The notes beneath the pieces are model-generated. The model was given only the letters and a program-made list of their open reading frames with translations. It did not search any database and had not been told where the DNA came from. The position numbers were made by a program, and so were the translations under genes. Positions 26,768 through 36,500 of a DNA stretch of 64,000 nucleotides are shown piece by piece (positions within the stretch are counted from its first letter, which is position 1; each line of letters opens with the position of its first letter). The stretch is taken from IMG/VR virus record IMGVR_UViG_3300035698_006717, positions 1 through 64,000 of that record; one strand, given 5' to 3'. The DNA comes from a virus.

Positions 26768-27246
26768 GCAAGTATATAGATGATCTATTTAAATCAGCTG
26801 GGATACCATCAGCAGTAAGCATGAAGGGTGTAGATTTGAAGTCTAGTAAGAAATGGGCCGTGACTAAGAAATTTATTGAAGGCAGTGGGAATTTAGTTCT
26901 TCTAAGTGATGAACAGTACAAGTATGTGATTAAGATTATGAGACTGAAATTACTATCTCATCCTGATAAGGTTATGAGTATGGTCACATTTAATAACATA
27001 TACTTTCTGACATTTATGGAATTGTTGAATAAGTATGGAGATAGAGATGTGATAGCAATATCAAATATTAGCGTTACTGATTCTGAACATAAGAAAAGAG
27101 TTGTGTGTAGTTTCATAGATTGGATGCTTGTAGAAGGCAAGCAGATTCTGCTATCGTCAAGTAGCTTAGATGTGTTTGCCGAAAGCGTAGAATACTCATG
27201 GGATACTATTGACAATAATTTTGATGTAATACAATATAAGGGGTAG
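26764..27246 (+). CDS. Degenerate DnaC/IstB-like helicase loader
   Basis: AGIP start, DVIAISNI and FIDWMLVEGKQILLSSS follow the DnaC/IstB layout, but Walker A and B are not recognisable. Directly precedes DnaB. Confidence 0.45.
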   Translation: MSKYIDDLFKSAGIPSAVSMKGVDLKSSKKWAVTKKFIEGSGNLVLLSDEQYKYVIKIMRLKLLSHPDKVMSMVTFNNIYFLTFMELLNKYGDRDVIAISNISVTDSEHKKRVVCSFIDWMLVEGKQILLSSSSLDVFAESVEYSWDTIDNNFDVIQYKG

Positions 27247-27247
27247 C

Positions 27248-28699
27248 ATGGAATATATCAATCTTAAATTAGAGCGTAGTGTCCTGAGGTGTATTTTCTA
27301 CCATAGGGACTTACTTATAATGCTGATAAATAAAGGGACGTTCCCTATGGAGGCATTTGCCGATAAATCCATAAGGAATATTTGCAAGATAGTTGTATCA
27401 TTCTTTAATCATAATGGTAAGGTTATAAGTAGAGATCTGCTAATAATGTATATTGGTAGGTATGCTACCAGTCAGAAGAATGCTTCATTATTTATAGAGA
27501 AGATGGAATCTGTAGTTGATAATACTCTTAATAATGAGCCTGACGAAAGAGAAATTGATTTATTTGATAACCATGTAAGTGAATTAGTTATACTGCTGAA
27601 TGCTCGTATGCTCCAAGAATATCAGATGGAGTTATTTGAGAAGGTAGACACTAATGATATAGATGGTGCTAAGAAGCTGATACATACATTTAGGTTTATT
27701 GATGATGATGAGGGTATAGATAAGGGTGAATTCATAGAAGACTTTAAGGAGAGGGAAGACCTCATATTGAGGAAGCATAATAACCCTCTTGAGTATCAGC
27801 TAGTTGCTACAGGGATACCTAAATTAGATGAAGCTCTTGATGGTGGCATTGATAGAGAATTTACAGTTATAGCTGGACACTCTAATGATGGTAAGTCTAT
27901 GCTGACTACACAAATTGCTACTAATATTTGGAGAATGAAAAAGAATGTAGTATTTGTTACTGTTGGGGAAATGAATAAGAATAGTGTACAGAATAGAATT
28001 GATAGCAATATTGCAGATATAGATTTCAAATTCTTCCGTAATCCGAATACCCATTATGATCCTGGCACTCATGAGCAATGGAAGAGAGCTATTGAAGATA
28101 TTAAGAAGACAGCAGGGCTTTTGAAGATAATTGAGTTTAGGAAGACTGCTACAGTAGCAGATGTTATCCAGAAGACTTATGAGACTATGCATGAATGGGA
28201 TCAGCCAATCCATGTTTTGATAATTGACTCTTTGGATAACCTCCAAGCCACTATGAAGAAGGGTGTTAAGGATTGGATGTCATATGAAGAGATATGTTGG
28301 GATACTTTTCTGATAACCAAGAATTTTAGGAACCACAATAAGATGAGTGGGATACCTGTTATTGCTACTACTCAGCTTAAGAAAGCTAACAAGGAAATAT
28401 CAGATAGCAATAAGACTAGGCACTTGAGAGAAGATGATGTTGGTTCATCTCCTTTCCAATATAGGTATTCTGAACTATTTATAGGTATGAAGAAGCACGG
28501 AGAGATACCTCACGAAAGTGAGCTGCAGATTATGAAGGGCAGAGGAGTTGGTAAGTCAACTGGGATAGTCTGTCATAATAATTTCCCTTTTGGTAGGTAT
28601 CACGATCCAAAAGTTGAAAGTGTTCATAAAGCAGAATTAGATAATGCAAGGAAGGCTGAAGCTGTTAAGGATATAGAATATGAACCAGATGAGGATTAG
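27248..28699 (+). CDS. dnaB: Replicative DNA helicase, DnaB-like
   Basis: TGIPKLDEALDGG, GHSNDGKS (Walker A), GEM, IIDSLD, IPVIATTQL and KGR motifs. Confidence 0.9.
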   Translation: MEYINLKLERSVLRCIFYHRDLLIMLINKGTFPMEAFADKSIRNICKIVVSFFNHNGKVISRDLLIMYIGRYATSQKNASLFIEKMESVVDNTLNNEPDEREIDLFDNHVSELVILLNARMLQEYQMELFEKVDTNDIDGAKKLIHTFRFIDDDEGIDKGEFIEDFKEREDLILRKHNNPLEYQLVATGIPKLDEALDGGIDREFTVIAGHSNDGKSMLTTQIATNIWRMKKNVVFVTVGEMNKNSVQNRIDSNIADIDFKFFRNPNTHYDPGTHEQWKRAIEDIKKTAGLLKIIEFRKTATVADVIQKTYETMHEWDQPIHVLIIDSLDNLQATMKKGVKDWMSYEEICWDTFLITKNFRNHNKMSGIPVIATTQLKKANKEISDSNKTRHLREDDVGSSPFQYRYSELFIGMKKHGEIPHESELQIMKGRGVGKSTGIVCHNNFPFGRYHDPKVESVHKAELDNARKAEAVKDIEYEPDED

Positions 28700-29662
28700 A
28701 TGAGACCAGAAGAAGTAGTAGACTGGACAGAACTATTGAGCGATAATGATTGCTCTGGAATTATAGATTACTCAGATTGGGTAATGTGTCACTGCCCATT
28801 TCACGATCAAAGTGATAATATTAGGCCATCATTTGGAATACATAAAGAGAGTGGTACTGGCAACTGCTTTGGATGTGGCAAGCATAGTTGGAGTGAGATA
28901 TGTGAACTATTTGGAATGGAAACTGAGGAGTTCATAGAAGGAGTCAAAGAGACTACTTGGGCTATGTTCAAGAAAAAGGTTCTCAATAGAGGAACCAAAA
29001 AGAAGTTCAAAAGGTTTTCCTTACCAGAAGGTCTTGATGATACCAATACGGAGTTTATTGAATATATGATGAGAAGGGGTATAGACTCTCAGATACTTAA
29101 AAGATTTGGAGTTACATATTGCTTTGATCGCAATTCCAAATATTTCGAGCACATAATATTCCCTATTGTTGATGAGAAGGGAATCTTGTATTTTCAAGGA
29201 CGCTATATAGGTGACAAGGATTGGTTGGCTAGATGGCGCCAACCTAAAGATTGTGCTAAATGGAAAACGTATTGGGGATGGGAAGAATACAAGGATCGGG
29301 AAAGTGTGTTCTTTGTTGAGGGGGTATCTGATGCAATAAAGATGGTTCAATTAGGCTTCCCTGCAATTACTGCAAAGAACTTTTCCCCACATCAGATAAG
29401 TATGATATTGGGATCAAAGATCAAAAATATATTCCTTTGTTATGATAATGACCCTGCAGGAAGGACTCTTCAGAGTAAGCAAGGATATGACATACACTTT
29501 ACTGCTAAGGCTAAATGGATATTGCAAGATTCGGGTAGAATGATCTTTGATGTTAAGCTGCCTGCTAACATAAATGATCCTGGTGATCTTGCTCATTCCA
29601 ACGATTTAGTAGATTGCAACTCAATAATTAGGGAATATGCTGATACTTTCTACGCTGTCTGA
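28700..29662 (+). CDS. dnaG: DNA primase (CHC2 zinc finger + TOPRIM)
   Basis: CPFHD...PSF...CFGC, FQGR, VEGVSDA, CYDND and DPGD motifs. Confidence 0.9.
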   Translation: MRPEEVVDWTELLSDNDCSGIIDYSDWVMCHCPFHDQSDNIRPSFGIHKESGTGNCFGCGKHSWSEICELFGMETEEFIEGVKETTWAMFKKKVLNRGTKKKFKRFSLPEGLDDTNTEFIEYMMRRGIDSQILKRFGVTYCFDRNSKYFEHIIFPIVDEKGILYFQGRYIGDKDWLARWRQPKDCAKWKTYWGWEEYKDRESVFFVEGVSDAIKMVQLGFPAITAKNFSPHQISMILGSKIKNIFLCYDNDPAGRTLQSKQGYDIHFTAKAKWILQDSGRMIFDVKLPANINDPGDLAHSNDLVDCNSIIREYADTFYAV

Positions 29663-29682
29663 TAGAAAGTTAAAGAAAACAC

Positions 29683-29711
29683 TATTTACAGTAAGACTTT
29701 TTAGTTATATT
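29683..29711 (+). promoter_or_regulatory. Candidate promoter, class B
   Basis: TATTTA-17 nt-TATATT, followed by an AAGGAG SD. Confidence 0.5.
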
Positions 29712-29737
29712 ACTATTACTTAAAGGAGAGACTAAGA

Positions 29738-30607
29738 ATGGCACGTTCCTTATCAAAGGAGTCTAGGTATGAAAAACTAAGCCTTCCATTTCTTTACAAG
29801 CTATGCCACGAACGTGAAATTAAGGGCTACTGCTTTAAAGATGAAGGGGAAGTCATAAAAATGCTAACTGAATATGATGTAGAAAATGATGATACTGATG
29901 AACAAATTAAACCTGAGGAGAGTAGAATGGGGAAAGATGAAATTGAAGACCTTGATGACGACATCACACTTGATGATGATGACATCGGGGAAGATGAAAC
30001 TGTAACTGAAAAGGTGGAGAAACGCCTTGCTGGTGATGGTGAAGCTGGAGATGATCTAGATGATCTTGATGATCTAGACCTTGATGATGAACCTTCTGAG
30101 GCTGCTGTTGAAGAAGTTGCTGAAGAAGTTGTTGAAGAAGTTATTAGCGAAGATGATGCTGGTATTGACGATCTTGATGATGAAATTGATGCTCTTGATG
30201 ATGAATCAGAAACAGAGACCAAGGAGACAAAAGTGGCACCTAAGAAGACTGAGAAAACTGAAAAGAAGGTAGCGCCTAAGACTGAAAAGAAGGCTGCTAA
30301 GACTGAAAAGGCACCTCGCAAAAAGATCGGTGATGATCCTGATGCAACTTCGCCTTTCGTTCCTACTACTGCTGGGCATTTCGTATTTATGACTCTTCTC
30401 AAGTCTGCTGGCAAAAAGATCAGCCTTGACAAGATTGCAGAAGTTGCTAACTCTGCAATTGAGAAGAAGCTTGGAGCAGAAAAGCTCCCCAAGGACACTA
30501 AGGCTAAGGCTAAGATCATCATCGGTGAGGTCAATAGCGGCAAGCGTGGTGACAAGTGGGGAAAGTTTGAAGTAGCTGATGGTAAGGTAACGCACGTTCC
30601 TGCGTAA
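29738..30607 (+). CDS. Acidic/basic nucleic-acid-binding-type protein (HeH-like N-terminus, D/E tract, K-rich linker, wHTH-like C-terminus)
   Basis: Compositional blocks visible in the translation; has its own promoter candidate and terminator. Confidence 0.7.
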   Translation: MARSLSKESRYEKLSLPFLYKLCHEREIKGYCFKDEGEVIKMLTEYDVENDDTDEQIKPEESRMGKDEIEDLDDDITLDDDDIGEDETVTEKVEKRLAGDGEAGDDLDDLDDLDLDDEPSEAAVEEVAEEVVEEVISEDDAGIDDLDDEIDALDDESETETKETKVAPKKTEKTEKKVAPKTEKKAAKTEKAPRKKIGDDPDATSPFVPTTAGHFVFMTLLKSAGKKISLDKIAEVANSAIEKKLGAEKLPKDTKAKAKIIIGEVNSGKRGDKWGKFEVADGKVTHVPA

Positions 30608-30630
30608 AGTCTTTTACGCTGTAATGTTTG

Positions 30631-30665
30631 ACTGGAGGGTAGTTGCTTGCCCTCCAGTTTTCTTC
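30631..30665 (+). terminator. Intrinsic terminator-like hairpin
   Basis: ACTGGAGGGTA / TGCCCTCCAGT stem followed by TTTCTTC. Confidence 0.75.
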
Positions 30666-30684
30666 ACATTTAAAGGATACTGTC

Positions 30685-31188
30685 ATGCTAACTTTAGTAG
30701 AAGGTTTGAATTGTAGTGGTAAGACTACATATATAAAAAATCACAAATCACAAGTAATAGATACTTGGTATGCAAACCCACTAAGATGGGACAACTCAAA
30801 GAATTTGCTTATGGGTTCTTTAGAGAAGAAGGAATATTATGGCATAGGCGTATATGAAACTATACTGAGAATGTTCCTCAGCTCATATAGTGCACCAGAT
30901 TATTATTGGGATAGAACTTGGATATCAGCTTATGTATATAAGACTTTGACAAAACCTTCTTTTGATTTTATTTCTGACTTATACTGTGAAAATTGTGTAA
31001 AGGTTATTTGGCTAGATACAAATCCTTTTATCTGTAAGGATAGGTGGGAAGCAGAGAACAAGAAAGATGAAAAGGATTATGTTGTTAATTTTGATTGGAA
31101 GGGGTTGAGAGATGAATTTGAAACTGTAATGACAGAGTTAGATAAAATGGGGATGAATGTTGAAGTAATAACAAACTATGGAGTATGA
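30685..31188 (+). CDS. dNMP / thymidylate kinase-like P-loop kinase
   Basis: LVEGLNCSGKTT and WDRTWISAYVY; AAGGA SD before ATG 30685. Confidence 0.8.
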   Translation: MLTLVEGLNCSGKTTYIKNHKSQVIDTWYANPLRWDNSKNLLMGSLEKKEYYGIGVYETILRMFLSSYSAPDYYWDRTWISAYVYKTLTKPSFDFISDLYCENCVKVIWLDTNPFICKDRWEAENKKDEKDYVVNFDWKGLRDEFETVMTELDKMGMNVEVITNYGV

Positions 31189-32020
31189 AATGAAAAGATT
31201 CACATCAGGGAAGTTCCCTAAGTTGTCTGTATTATTGTATGCGCCTCCTATCTTCCCAGAGAAGGTTATAGCGCATAACTATCTTGAGTGTATTGAAGAT
31301 CGCCAGATAGATGATCCTACTGAGATTGATCTTGATGAAGCCAAGAAGATAACTGAATGGGTTATTAAAGGCGGCCATACTCCTGCTCTAGAGAGTTTGT
31401 ATATGGGGTTCAATATTAGAGGAATGAGTAAAGTAGTTTCTCACCAGATAGTACGGCATCGGATAGGGGTAAGTATAGGACAGAGGACACAAAGGGCTAA
31501 CTCAAAAGAGTACCTTGGCAAGTTTGCAGATGGAGAGCATTATATATTGCCTCCAAGTATAACTCTTGACACTTGTACTATTGACCCCAAAACGCAAGAG
31601 AATTTGAGAGAGTACCTGCAAGCTGCTCAAGATATATATAATGAATTGATTGAGCAAGGAGTATCTGAGGATGAGGCCAGATATATCATACCGCAAGGTG
31701 CAGAGACTTCTATGGACTTCAATATAATATTGAAAGCACTTATGGGAACAGCATCTACAAGATTATGCCATCTTATGCAGGGAGAGATGGTTGAAGTATT
31801 CCGATTGATTAAGAAAGCGGTTGATGATTGGCACCCTGGTATTGGTAGCCTTCTAAAACCTATTTGTATGGTAACAGGTAAGTGCAACCGTAATGAGAAT
31901 AATCCTATTGATGGCCATCCCCACGGAGTATGTGAGCTTACTGTTCGTGGATTGGTACCGCCAAGGGAAAAGGATGACACCTTCAACTTAACAAAGTATA
32001 GCAAAGATGCCGACAAGTAA
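31178..32020 (+). CDS. thyX: Flavin-dependent thymidylate synthase ThyX (divergent)
   Basis: GHTPALE, SHQIVRHR...QRTQR, EDEARYIIP and QGE motifs. Confidence 0.85.
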   Translation: MEYEMKRFTSGKFPKLSVLLYAPPIFPEKVIAHNYLECIEDRQIDDPTEIDLDEAKKITEWVIKGGHTPALESLYMGFNIRGMSKVVSHQIVRHRIGVSIGQRTQRANSKEYLGKFADGEHYILPPSITLDTCTIDPKTQENLREYLQAAQDIYNELIEQGVSEDEARYIIPQGAETSMDFNIILKALMGTASTRLCHLMQGEMVEVFRLIKKAVDDWHPGIGSLLKPICMVTGKCNRNENNPIDGHPHGVCELTVRGLVPPREKDDTFNLTKYSKDADK

Positions 32021-33344
32021 ACAAGGGAATATGGCGGAACTGGTAGACGCTGAGGATTTAAAATCCTCTAGCCTAGGCTGTGGGGGTTCGACTCCCCCTA
32101 TTCCCAAAATCATAATATTGGGAGCTGGCCCATCTGGTCTTATTGCTGCAAATTATTTGAAGTCTAAAGATATAGATTTCAAAATTATAGCAAAGGATGG
32201 GCACGGGTTCTCTAACATATCTACTCATGACTTCAAGTTTAAACTTGGTCAACGTACTATGTTCTATACTGATAGGATGCATAGCTTCCTTGAAGAGATG
32301 AACAATTATGCTGTTGAAAGTATGAATTTGAGTGATAGTATTGGTGTTGTATTTAAGGGAAAGTTGCACAAGTATCCTATACAGAATAATTTGAAGACAC
32401 TATCAATTAAAGATAGGCTGAGTTTCTTCATTAGCTATATTTTCAGGAGTAAGACAAAAGAATCTGATTATGCAAATTGGTCTTGTGCTAACTACGGTAA
32501 TTGGTTTGCTAACAACATACTACTTCCTCATACAAATAAAACTCTTAAAGAGGATTTGTATACTATTAATGCAGAATCGTATGGGAAGAAAGTTGTCAAG
32601 CTTGAATTGCTGAAGAAGAAAAGTAATTTGGCATTTGAAGAGCCTGATAAGATTCTTGCAAGGTTAAGAAAGAATGTTGAAATTCACATACAAGATGAAT
32701 TAGTTACAAGTATTGATACTAAATGCAAACAAGTTAGCCTTCAGTATAAGGGATGTGCTAGATTTGAAGATTATGATATACTGATAAATACTATTCCTAT
32801 ACTATCACTTATAGATCTGATGGAGTATCAGAATGATATCATAGAAGTAGCTACTAAAAGCCTTCAGTATAACAATATGTTTGCTGGAGTATTCATTATG
32901 CCGACTGCTATGATAAAAACTGATATGAGTATCATATACTTCCCAGAGAGAGATTACACTTTCTCAAAAGTCAATATAGATAGGCGTAATGGAATAACTG
33001 TTATAGTGTGTGAGTGTTCATTCAGAAGGAATGATGAGGACAAGTTTTCCTGTACTGCTTACAAAGAGAAGTTCCTTGAGCGCATAGAGTATGATTTGAA
33101 GAAGGCAAGATTGATAAGTAGTGATATGTTTGTATCTATTCAGAGAGATTATAAGATCATATCGCCTTGCTACATTATTACTGATAAGGATTACAATGCA
33201 AGTAATTCCTTCCTACAAGCTCACTTTGAGCACAAGGGCATTTTCAATTGCGGTAGATTCTCACAGTGGGTACCATGGATGAGAGTAGAACATAGCTTAG
33301 AAAGGATGGATAGTATATATGACAGTATTCTCAGGAGAATGTGA
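32007..33344 (+). CDS. FAD-dependent oxidoreductase, UDP-galactopyranose mutase / HemY-like superfamily
   Basis: IIILGAGPSGL, KYPIQNNL, LINTIP and CGRFSQW motifs. Start is ATG 32007 or 32031; both read through the tRNA. Confidence 0.8.
   Translation: MPTSKQGNMAELVDAEDLKSSSLGCGGSTPPIPKIIILGAGPSGLIAANYLKSKDIDFKIIAKDGHGFSNISTHDFKFKLGQRTMFYTDRMHSFLEEMNNYAVESMNLSDSIGVVFKGKLHKYPIQNNLKTLSIKDRLSFFISYIFRSKTKESDYANWSCANYGNWFANNILLPHTNKTLKEDLYTINAESYGKKVVKLELLKKKSNLAFEEPDKILARLRKNVEIHIQDELVTSIDTKCKQVSLQYKGCARFEDYDILINTIPILSLIDLMEYQNDIIEVATKSLQYNNMFAGVFIMPTAMIKTDMSIIYFPERDYTFSKVNIDRRNGITVIVCECSFRRNDEDKFSCTAYKEKFLERIEYDLKKARLISSDMFVSIQRDYKIISPCYIITDKDYNASNSFLQAHFEHKGIFNCGRFSQWVPWMRVEHSLERMDSIYDSILRRM
32025..32106 (+). 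tRNA. tRNA-Leu, anticodon TAA (no encoded CCA)
   Basis: Acceptor stem GGGAATA/TATTCCC plus discriminator A; D arm TGGCGGAACTGGTAGACGC; anticodon arm GAGGA-TTTAAAA-TCCTC; long variable arm; T arm GGGGG-TTCGACT-CCCCC. Confidence 0.93.
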
Positions 33345-33525
33345 TGGCTGTGGGAATTTAACCACTACATATTGCAATGGTAGCTTAGTGCTGAGAAAGA
33401 TTGTGAAAGTGGTAAGAGGTCTATTTATTGAAGATAGAATAATATTCTGTCCAGTGTGTGCCAAGGAAGGTAAGAAGATGATCAAGGCTCACAATCGTAA
33501 GATGAGGGGAATAGATGTCAAATAA
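33319..33525 (+). CDS. Small zinc-ribbon protein
   Basis: CxxC...CxxC; overlaps both neighbours. Confidence 0.6.
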   Translation: MTVFSGECDGCGNLTTTYCNGSLVLRKIVKVVRGLFIEDRIIFCPVCAKEGKKMIKAHNRKMRGIDVK

Positions 33526-36500
33526 AGATTTTGCACATATCCATTTGCATACTGAGTTCAGCTTCCTAGATGGGTTCAGTAAGGTATGGGATGATGACCA
33601 TAAAGAGCCGTCTGACTTGCCTTTACGCATAGCAGAGATAGGCCAGAAGTATTGCGCCATAACTGATCACGGTTCTACTGCTGGTTGGATTAGATTTGAT
33701 AAGGCTATGAAGAAAGTTGGTGTATCTCCTCTATTTGGTGTAGAGGGATATTACTGTGATGATATGAGTGTTAAGGGATTAGATGAAACTAGAAAGCTAG
33801 ATGCTACCAGAGGATTAACTAATGCCAAGGAAAAGAAAGCTGCCACTAAGAAGATGGAAAAGGAGTTGGGGCTAAATAAGAGAGCGCACTTTGTAGCCTT
33901 GGCTATGAATGCTGATGGCATACAAGAAATATTGAAGTCAACTTCCATAGCTGCAACAGAAGGATTCTATTACAGGCCAAGATGGGATTTTAGCCTAATA
34001 AAGAGTATGAAGAATTGCATCATAGGAACAGCTTGTGCTGGTGGCATTCTAAACTATTGGTGCAACAGAGAAGACCTGCCTATGAAGGAACGCTTACAGA
34101 TGGCTGTGAGAGAGGCTAAGAAATGGAAAGATGAATTAGGCGATAGGTTTTATCTTGAATTGCAATCCATAGATTGGTCAAGACAGACCAAGTATAATAA
34201 GTTTATTTGGAAGATAGCTCAGCATTTAGATTTGCCTTGCTACCTTGCTAATGACTCACATTATGTTAAGGCAGAGGACTGGGAAGCTCATGATATTCTT
34301 TTGGCAATACAGTCGGCTCACGGAGTACCTTCAAAGGATGCTCTGAATAATCCTGATAGGCTTAGATATGATATGCATGATCTATATGTCAAGACTAGGA
34401 AGGAAATGGCTCAGAGCTTTCTTGCTAGAAATGATGTAGATATATATGGTAAGAGTAACATATCAAAAATGTTAGACTGTACACTTGAGATAGCAGAGCG
34501 TTGCCATCATTCTGTGAATAAGAAGAAAATGATCATGCCTGCAATAGAGGTTCCTGATTTTGCTAAGTTGGATAAAACAAAAACTACTGATGATGATAGA
34601 AAGAATTATTTGAAGTATTTGTGCAAAGAGGGATGGCAGAGAAAAATTGTCCCTTATGTATCCAAGAAGGATAGAGTAGTATACAAAGAGAGACTGAAGG
34701 AAGAACTTTATCAGATCATTAGCCAAGGGTTTACCCCTTACTTCATTATGTGTAATGGTCTGATGAAATGGTCTGATGAGAAGGGCATAGCAAGAGGCCC
34801 TGCGCGTGGTAGCTCTGCTGGCTCCCTAGTAGCATACCTGTTAGATATAGTAATGGTAGATCCAATTCCTCACAAGCTATTGTTTAGTAGGTTTATTGAT
34901 CCAAACCGTACTGACTATCCAGATGTTGATATGGACTTTGGGGATTGGAGAAGGGGAGTGATTGTCCAATACTTTGTTGAGAAGTATGGCAAGGAGAAGG
35001 TTGCTATTCTTGGTAACAATATGACCTTCAAACCTAAGATGGCTCTCAAGGATGTTGCTAGGCTATATGGAGTTCCTATATTTGAAACACAAGAGCTTTG
35101 CAATTTAGTTGTGAATAGATCTGGAGCAGATAGTAGGCTGAGTTTCTGCGTTAAGGATACTTTTGATCAGCATGAGTTTGCTAAGGAATATGCTAGGAAG
35201 TATCCCAAGGTGGCAAAATTCTCTCAGCAGCTAGAAGGGCTAAAGAAGATACAGGGAGTACATGCTGCTGGAGTAGTTATAGCGGATGGAGACATAACTC
35301 AGTATACATCTATGAGATATGACAAAAGACAAAAGGACTTCCTAATTGCTACCATAGATAGGTATGACTGTGAAGATATAGGTCTACTAAAGATGGATAT
35401 ATTGGGATTGAATACTATGTCTGTACTTCAAGAGTGCCGTGTACTTATAAAGGAAAGGCACGGAGTATGGATAGACTTTGAGGAATTATGTAGAGATGTC
35501 ACATATAAAGGTGGAGATAAGAAAACATATGAGGCATTTGCTGACGCAAGGACTACTGGTATATTCCAGTTCAATAGCCCTGGCCTGACTCGTTTAGCCA
35601 AGCAAGTGAAGATAGAGAACTTTGATGAGATAAGTGACTGTACAGCCTTACACAGACCTGGCCCAATTCACGCTGGAGCTATGAATAGGTATCCTGCCCT
35701 AAAGAGTGGTGAGTTGGAGAAGTTTGACCCTTTGCACAAGATTGTAGAGGAAGAAACGCAAGACACCTATGGGCTAGTTATCTATCAAGAGCAGGTTATG
35801 CAGATAGTAAGGCGGTTGGGTAAGTTTGATTGGGCCCAAACAAATACAGTTCGTAAGGTTATGAGTAAGTCTGGTGGAGCAGAATACTTTATGACCAACT
35901 TCTGGCCTACCTTTAAGAATGGCTGTGCTGATGAAGGATTGGATGAAAAGACTGCCCTAAAGATATTCCATAGAATTATGAGCTTTGGATCATGGGCCTT
36001 CAATAAGTCACACTCTATCTCGTATGCGTTTGTTTCTTACTTTTGTATGTATATGAAGGTAAACTATCCCATAGAGTTCTGTACTGCTTATATGAATAAG
36101 GTAAATGATACAAGCGGTGAGAATGTACCTAAGATGGTGTTGGAGGCTCAGAGATTAGGGATCGGTATGAGAGAACCTGACATCAATATATCCAAGAGTG
36201 GATTTGTTATTGAGGGAAATACTATTGTATCAGGGCTGAGTAAGATAAAGAATGTAGGAGCAAAAGCTGTTGTTACTATATTGGAAAATCAGCCGTTTGA
36301 TGGTATTGTAGATTTTCTGATTAAGATAGACAATCGTGCTTGCAATAAAAGATCTGTAGAGAACTTGGTTAAGGCAGGAGCTTTTGATTCATTTGGTTAT
36401 GATAAGGGAGCTTTACTAGAGAATGTTGAAGCAATACTGAAGAATGTCAAGAAGGGTAATGATAAAAGCCTCAATATTGCTAAAGAGTTTGTAGATGGAT

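Noticed and set aside
29827-30555. 242-aa minus-strand Ser-rich ORF
   Set aside because: Reverse complement of GAT/GAA-rich codons in the acidic protein.
30643-30684. N-terminal extension of the kinase in the ORF track
   Set aside because: Starts inside the terminator hairpin; the SD supports ATG 30685.
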